64,000 bases of DNA, from contig JAJZQJ010000007.1 of NCBI GenBank assembly GCA_021851895.1, positions 6,618 to 70,617 of the forward strand, written 5' to 3'. The first letter of the stretch is position 1. Every line of letters starts with the position of its first letter. Below are positions 58,982-64,000 of the stretch, one piece after another. Below the pieces are notes generated by a model. It saw only the letters and a list, made by a program, of their open reading frames with translations. It did not search any database and was not told where the DNA came from. The position numbers were made by a program, and so were the translations under genes. The DNA comes from a bacterium (GTDB lineage Bacteria > Patescibacteriota > Minisyncoccia > Phycocordibacterales > UBA6899).

Positions 58982-59614
58982 TTATGGACGAAGTGCAGGC
59001 TCCAAAATGATGACCTCTCCTTCCTTCCCAGAGATATCCTTCTTCTTTATCGTCAACTTATCGACAGGCAAGACGCCCTCAGCACTCATTTCCTTCTTGA
59101 AAGCAGCGAGGTGTTTATCATCGTAAGCGAGCGGAATGACCACGGGCGCATCAAGCTGCACTGCGATCTTCTCGGCGTCAGATGGACTCAAAAGATCTCC
59201 TCCACCTATCGGCGCAAAAAGCACGTCGACATTACCGATGCCCTCATAGAGATCAGCGGTGAGTTCCGGCGAAGAAAGTGCGCCAAGAAAACACAACGTG
59301 AGATCTTCGATGCGCACCGTGTAAATTGTATTAAGTAGCCCCTTCGGACCATAACTCTTTGGTGAAAGGAATCCTGATATCGCGACATCGCGGATCTCAT
59401 ACTCCCCAGGACCAGACACAACGAAAGGCTTTCGATCGCCGTACTCGAGATTTTCCACCCCATTCATATTGGGATCGTTTGCCGAAACAAGAGCGATATC
59501 GGATCCAAATCGCAGGGGCTTATAGTCTCCATCTTTACTGAAAGGATTGATCGCAATCGTGAGATCCCCCTGAGTGATCTTCACGAAATGTCCTCCGTGA
59601 TACGTTATAACCAT
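58982..59614 (-). CDS. UPF0173-like metal-dependent hydrolase (MBL fold)
   Basis: N-terminal MVITYHGGHFVKI and the MBL-like spacing of Asp/His residues, 210 aa. Confidence 0.65.
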   Translation of the reverse strand: MVITYHGGHFVKITQGDLTIAINPFSKDGDYKPLRFGSDIALVSANDPNMNGVENLEYGDRKPFVVSGPGEYEIRDVAISGFLSPKSYGPKGLLNTIYTVRIEDLTLCFLGALSSPELTADLYEGIGNVDVLFAPIGGGDLLSPSDAEKIAVQLDAPVVIPLAYDDKHLAAFKKEMSAEGVLPVDKLTIKKKDISGKEGEVIILEPALRP

Positions 59615-59728
59615 GAAGAGAGTATATCAGAAAAAACGCTATTTTTACAGCGATTTATACACTTTTCAAGCGTTAAAAATGTTGTCGAATATATGACCAG
59701 CGCGGGCTCTTTGTCGCCGCAAAAACTA

Positions 59729-59757
59729 TTGACATAGCGAATTCATGATGTATAACT
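59729..59757 (+). promoter_or_regulatory. Sigma70-like promoter (TTGACA - 17 bp - ATAACT/TATAAC)
   Basis: A consensus -35 box with correct spacing to a good -10 box, 30 nt upstream of the ORF starting at 59787. Confidence 0.45.
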
Positions 59758-59786
59758 CATAAATATCATTTCGTCTGGAGCAACAC

Positions 59787-60137
59787 ATGCATGCTTCACC
59801 CTTCGCCGTTTTCATCGATCTTGTCGCAGCCACCGCCCTACTCATTTTTTTAGGAAACAGAATCCTGGGTAGTTACCACATGAGGAAGAACCTTCTTGCT
59901 CTCTCTATGACCGAGGATAAGGATGTTATCCCGCGGCTTATCGCCGAAAAGACCCGTGTCCAACAGTCGCTCGAGAATTCGAGCTTGTGGGCAGCCAAAT
60001 CAAATGAACACTTCAATGCTGCCAGTCGCTGCTACCACGAAGCAGTTGGTTTCCTCCGACTTACGGTCAGCGAGGAAGCGCGTGCGACCGCATGCGCATT
60101 CGCGAAGCAAGCACTCGAGCGTCTTGAAAAGCTCTGA
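59787..60137 (+). CDS. Hypothetical protein with N-terminal TM helix
   Basis: 116 aa. It is followed by terminator gccgca-cat-tgcggc-TTTTTT (60142-60166). Confidence 0.4.
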   Translation: MHASPFAVFIDLVAATALLIFLGNRILGSYHMRKNLLALSMTEDKDVIPRLIAEKTRVQQSLENSSLWAAKSNEHFNAASRCYHEAVGFLRLTVSEEARATACAFAKQALERLEKL

Positions 60138-60217
60138 ATGAGCGCCGCACATTGCGGCGTTTTTTGCTCTCAGTATATATGCGCTATAATGGACACAGAG
60201 CTAACATAAGGGTTTAT

Positions 60218-60634
60218 ATGGACCCACTTCGGATCATTCAAAATTGCGCAGTCATTGCTCTTGTCGTCATGAGTGTCTTTTACCTCTTGAAGCAAGCGAC
60301 TAGACCTGCATGCGGAGACGCTACAAAGCACTGTGGCCTCAGCTATACGGCACAAAACGACCTTGCCTATTGCAGGAAACAGCGTAAGTACTGGGAAAGA
60401 AAGCTGCGCTATTTCCTCGCGAATGGTGAGCATGCACATATCCTACGATCGATGCTCGTCATCGGCGCGCGGAGCATGGACGAAATCGAGGACCAGATCA
60501 CCATGCGCCCGACCTGTCTTGGGTGCGGCATAGGCACGATTGACAAAAAAGCGATCGACAGCGCTAAGCGTGCATATGTCTCCGCAGCAAAGATCGCTGA
60601 GCAATGCACATTCACGTTTAAATATTTCACGTAA
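60218..60634 (+). CDS. Hypothetical Cys-containing membrane-anchored protein
   Basis: 139 aa from MDPLRII, with one TM helix and six Cys residues. A terminator lies at 60637-60662. Confidence 0.4.
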   Translation: MDPLRIIQNCAVIALVVMSVFYLLKQATRPACGDATKHCGLSYTAQNDLAYCRKQRKYWERKLRYFLANGEHAHILRSMLVIGARSMDEIEDQITMRPTCLGCGIGTIDKKAIDSAKRAYVSAAKIAEQCTFTFKYFT

Positions 60635-60717
60635 TACCCCGACGATGTATTCGGGGTTTTTGATTGACAAGAAATCATGCTGTTATAGGCTTTCTGCAGA
60701 TACCTGAGGAGCCACCC

Positions 60718-61164
60718 ATGCATGACCTATTCGTCGTGATCCATGAGAACTACCTCTCTGTTCCCGCGATGATCGTCATCGCACTCGTCCTCACGACCAT
60801 CATCACCCTGATGATCATCGCGAGCAACAAGAAGAAGCGCGCGATGGATCTCTACATCAGCAACATCAGGTCGCTCCCCCCGGAAGACCAGGATCTCTTC
60901 GAGAGCACCAAGCGTCGCGACGCGACATGGTTCGATCGTATCGGTAATGCACTCGATGCATCCGAACCCTCGAACCCGATGGAGGTAGCGATCGATGCCG
61001 GCTGGACCGCGCTCGACAACGCCGAGGAACTGCTCCGTGAACCCGAGTTCGCGACCAAAGCAGAGCTCCGCAAGGAATTCAGAGGCCACCTCGACGAGGC
61101 GAATGAGCAATTCGCGCTCGCGGAAGAACGTTATGCCGATGAGCTCGCTCGAGAGGATGTGTGA
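60718..61164 (+). CDS. Hypothetical membrane-anchored protein
   Basis: 148 aa from MHDLFVV, with one TM helix and an acidic helical C-terminus. Confidence 0.4.
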   Translation: MHDLFVVIHENYLSVPAMIVIALVLTTIITLMIIASNKKKRAMDLYISNIRSLPPEDQDLFESTKRRDATWFDRIGNALDASEPSNPMEVAIDAGWTALDNAEELLREPEFATKAELRKEFRGHLDEANEQFALAEERYADELAREDV

Positions 61165-61370
61165 TGTCGAGACTCTTCGTCCGCGCACTCATCTCGGCGC
61201 TCTGTGGCATGAGCGACATCGATTCCATCATGAGACAATGCCGCCCGACGCCACTGCATCCGTATCTCCCCGAGCAGACCTTCCGCAACCTGCGACAAAG
61301 CAAGCGACTGCTGAAGCACCTTCCTCCGTGGCAGCAGAAGGCATTTGCTCGCACAAAGAAGCGACGCTAA
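61164..61370 (+). CDS. Hypothetical small basic protein
   Basis: 68 aa ORF whose ATG overlaps the preceding stop (TGATG), suggesting translational coupling. A terminator lies at 61375-61399. Confidence 0.3.
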   Translation: MSRLFVRALISALCGMSDIDSIMRQCRPTPLHPYLPEQTFRNLRQSKRLLKHLPPWQQKAFARTKKRR

Positions 61371-61420
61371 ACAACGCACCCAAAGGGTGCGTTTTTTCTT
61401 TTGTTTTTGTGTATTTTTCC

Positions 61421-61450
61421 TATGACCTATGACCCATGACCGATCACCCA
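61421..61450. repeat. Tandem heptamer repeats of the YATGAC family
   Basis: cctatgac-ctatgac-ccatgac-cgatcac. Confidence 0.7.
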
Positions 61451-61602
61451 CATTTACTCGTGCTCCCTTCCATTTTTCTGAATTTGTGTTAGTATGCGCC
61501 TACAACATTTAGTACGTTTTTGGACTAATCCCTGTGTGCATTCTATAGAGTACGCAAGAAACCGAAAACATTGTTGGCAGACTTCGGTCTGTAAAAACAC
61601 AA

Positions 61603-62720
61603 TGAATAATTCAGATTTCATCGTTGATGAGGGTGTCGTTATCGATCTTGCTCATCCGATGCACAAGGTGCTCGAAGCCACCGCAACTCGTCCACAAGTT
61701 GGTGACGTTGTCGATGGTAAGGTCATCTCCGCAGATAAGCGCTCTGTCGTCGTTGACTTGGGTCATCACGGCATCGGTATCATCTACGGCCGCGAGTTCA
61801 TGAACGCTCGCGATCTTATCAAGCACATGGCCAAGGGCGACGCGATCTCCGCAAAGGTGGTTGATGTCGAGAACGAGGATGGATATACCGAGCTCTCTCT
61901 CAAGGAGGCTCGACAGTCACTCATCTGGGCAGAGGCGGAAGATCTTGTACGCAAGAAGACGCAGCTCGAGCTTACCATCAAGGAAGCTAACAAGGGTGGA
62001 CTCATCATCGATTGGCAGGGTATCATCGGATTCCTTCCTGCATCACAGCTTTCAGCTGACCACTACCCACGTGTAGAGGACGGTGACAAGGATCGCATTC
62101 TCGATGAGCTCCGTAAGCTCGTTGACCAGAAGCTCGTCGTTACGATGATTGCAGCTGTTCCAAAGGAGGGCAAGCTCATCTTCTCTGAGAAGGAGCAGGG
62201 CCACAAGGAAAAGGAGGAGCTCGTCGGCAAGTATGCCGTCGGCCAGATCGTCGAAGGTGATGTCACTGGTATCGTCGACTTCGGTGCATTCATGAAGCTT
62301 GAGGATGGTCTCGAGGGTCTCATTCACATCTCTGAGATGGATTGGGGTCTCGTTGAGGATCCACGCAAGTTCTTCAAGGTAGGTGAACACGTAAAGGCCC
62401 AGATCATTGAGATCAAGGACAACAAGGTGTCACTCTCAGTGAAGGCACTTAAGGAGAACCCATGGCGCACTGCTGAGGCGAAGTTCAAGAAGGGCGATAC
62501 CGTACGCGGTGTTGTCATCAAGTTCAACAAGTACGGCGCACTCGCCTCGATCGAGGAGGGTGTTGCAGGACTCGTACACGTCTCAGAGTTCGGCAGTGAG
62601 GATAAGCTCAAGGCAGCACTCGAACTCGGAAAAGTCTATCCGTTCATCATCACGCTCTTCGAACCAAAGGAGCAGCGTATGACCTTGTCTTTCAGTAAGG
62701 CACAGGAAAAGAAGGACTAA
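61603..62720 (+). CDS. rpsA: 30S ribosomal protein S1 (4 S1 domains)
   Basis: Repeated S1 OB-fold motifs (G..V.G.V...V..GAFV.L..G..GLIHISE). Start chosen at MNNSDFIV; a leader hairpin cagac-ttcg-gtctg lies upstream. Confidence 0.85.
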
Positions 62721-62836
62721 ATATAAAGACCGCTTCGGCGGTCTTTATATTTAGTCCTCGCCAACTTAAGTGTGTATACTTTACAATATGTTAATTACTT
62801 GCAGTTGTAATATTTTTTACATGATACACTTAAGCA

Positions 62837-63385
62837 ATGAAGCAGTATCGCGGATTCACACTTATTGAGCTACTCGTCGTTATCGCAATCATCGGACTTC
62901 TCTCTGCAGTTGTTTTCGCATCGCTCTCAACCGCACGCATGAAGTCGCGTGATGCACGCCGTATTTCTGATCTCGATCAGATCAAGACAGCACTTGAATT
63001 GTATTATGACGATCATGGATACTATCCGCCCTCAGCATGTGGATGGAATTGTAATGGTTATAGTTATAGCTATAACTCAACATGGGGTGCACTTGCAACG
63101 CAAACTGCTGCATATATTCCGCAACTCCCCACCGATCCACTCAATGGCACGTGTGCCGTGTGGGCCGGACCGAACTGTCATTCCTATGAATATGGCAACG
63201 TCGGACGAACATACGGAACGACAACAGGATCCGTCGATGCTTATGACCTCTACGCGATGTTCGAAACCCCAAATCATCCCTTAGGATGCCCTCAGGTGGC
63301 TTATTACTATGGCAGAGGAATCGGCGGGCACTACGACCTCTGCGCCTACGGAGCGGACATCTATGCCCCCGCTTCTGTACAATAG
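62837..63385 (+). CDS. Type IV pilin / pseudopilin-like protein
   Basis: GFTLIELLVVIAIIGLL prepilin motif and a conserved ARRISDLDQIKTALELYY block, followed by a Cys/Trp/Tyr-rich C-terminal domain. Confidence 0.8.
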   Translation: MKQYRGFTLIELLVVIAIIGLLSAVVFASLSTARMKSRDARRISDLDQIKTALELYYDDHGYYPPSACGWNCNGYSYSYNSTWGALATQTAAYIPQLPTDPLNGTCAVWAGPNCHSYEYGNVGRTYGTTTGSVDAYDLYAMFETPNHPLGCPQVAYYYGRGIGGHYDLCAYGADIYAPASVQ

Positions 63386-63453
63386 CAACGAAGTTCAAAC
63401 AACCAGCGATGGTTGTTTTTCGTAAGTCGAATATTCGTCGTATAATGTCATTC

Positions 63454-63885
63454 ATGCAAATCACCATCAAACGCGTCGATACAGGACTTCCCTTGCCCGA
63501 ATATAAAACGCTCGGTGCTGCGGGTTTTGATCTCATGACAAGAGAAGATCTTCGCATCGCTCCAGGAGCGATAGGCTATGCTCCACTCAATATCATCATA
63601 CAAGTCCCCGAAGGAAACATGCTTCTCCTTGCGCCACGATCATCACTTCACAAGAAAGGTTTGAATCTCGCAAACAGCGTCGGGATCGTCGATCATGATT
63701 TCCGAGGAGCATCCGATGAAGTACATGCTGCTCTCTATAATTTCAGCTCCGAAGAAGTGCACATCGCGCGCGGTGATCGAATCGTTCAAGGCATCATCTC
63801 GCCGATACACGTCGCAGAATTCGCCGAAGTCGACATCATCGACGAAACTTCTCGTGGAGGATTTGGGTCAACGGGAATACGCTAA
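63454..63885 (+). CDS. dut: dUTP diphosphatase
   Basis: dUTPase motifs I-V (GAAGFDL, RSSL, GIVDHDFRG, GDRIVQ, RGGFGSTG). Confidence 0.88.
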   Translation: MQITIKRVDTGLPLPEYKTLGAAGFDLMTREDLRIAPGAIGYAPLNIIIQVPEGNMLLLAPRSSLHKKGLNLANSVGIVDHDFRGASDEVHAALYNFSSEEVHIARGDRIVQGIISPIHVAEFAEVDIIDETSRGGFGSTGIR

Positions 63886-63887
63886 AC

Positions 63888-63925
63888 TCAAGGTGATAGG
63901 TGATAGGTGATAGGTCATAAGTCAT
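63888..63925. repeat. Tandem heptamer repeats (ggtgata x3, then ggtcata/agtcata/ag)
   Basis: ggtgataggtgataggtgataggtcataagtcataag. A further ctcatgacc / cctcataacc motif lies at 63961-64000. Confidence 0.7.
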
Positions 63926-64000
63926 AAGATACAAGAGCACAATCGATGCTGATGTTTTGAGTTTTGTGTTGCCCTCATGACCTTATCCCCTCATAACCTC

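Overview
This 64 kb window reads as densely packed core genome from a small-genome bacterium, with genes on both strands and short intergenic gaps. The divergent housekeeping proteins, archaeal-type short AspRS, short Rel, two CPR-style type IV pilin-like genes and VirB2-like mini-pilins suggest, as inference only, a Patescibacteria/CPR-like organism. Features I can identify include ribosomal protein genes (rpsD-rpoA-rplQ, rplM-rpsI, rpmG, rpsA), cell-envelope genes (ftsW-murG, mraY, a dacB-like D,D-carboxypeptidase, M23, NlpC/P60, VanW, SanA and CAP-domain proteins) and five aaRS genes (gltX, aspS, trpS, serS). Others are replication and partition genes (dnaX, gyrA, topA, dprA, xseAB, scpAB, parB, dut), a chaperone set (dnaK, dnaJ, grpE), rel, nrdR, miaA, a MacAB-like efflux cluster with a peroxiredoxin, and two tRNAs (Leu-CAA, Trp-CCA). 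I found no rRNA, CRISPR array, transposase or integrase.

The observations most worth a second look are:
- A roughly 1.5 kb insertion between tRNA-Trp and rpmG, made of covarying tandem repeats, direct repeats of the tRNA 3' end and an orphan 304-aa ORF.
- A dispersed GC-rich structured repeat family present at three loci, each just downstream of a terminator.
- A radical-SAM gene with a downstream zinc-ribbon gene, divergently transcribed from nrdR.
- A ParD/ParE-like toxin-antitoxin pair wedged between grpE and dnaK.
- Tandem VirB2/TrbC-like mini-pilin genes.
- Intergenic tandem heptamer repeats of the form YATGAC, and a 25-bp-arm perfect palindrome at the mraY 3' end.
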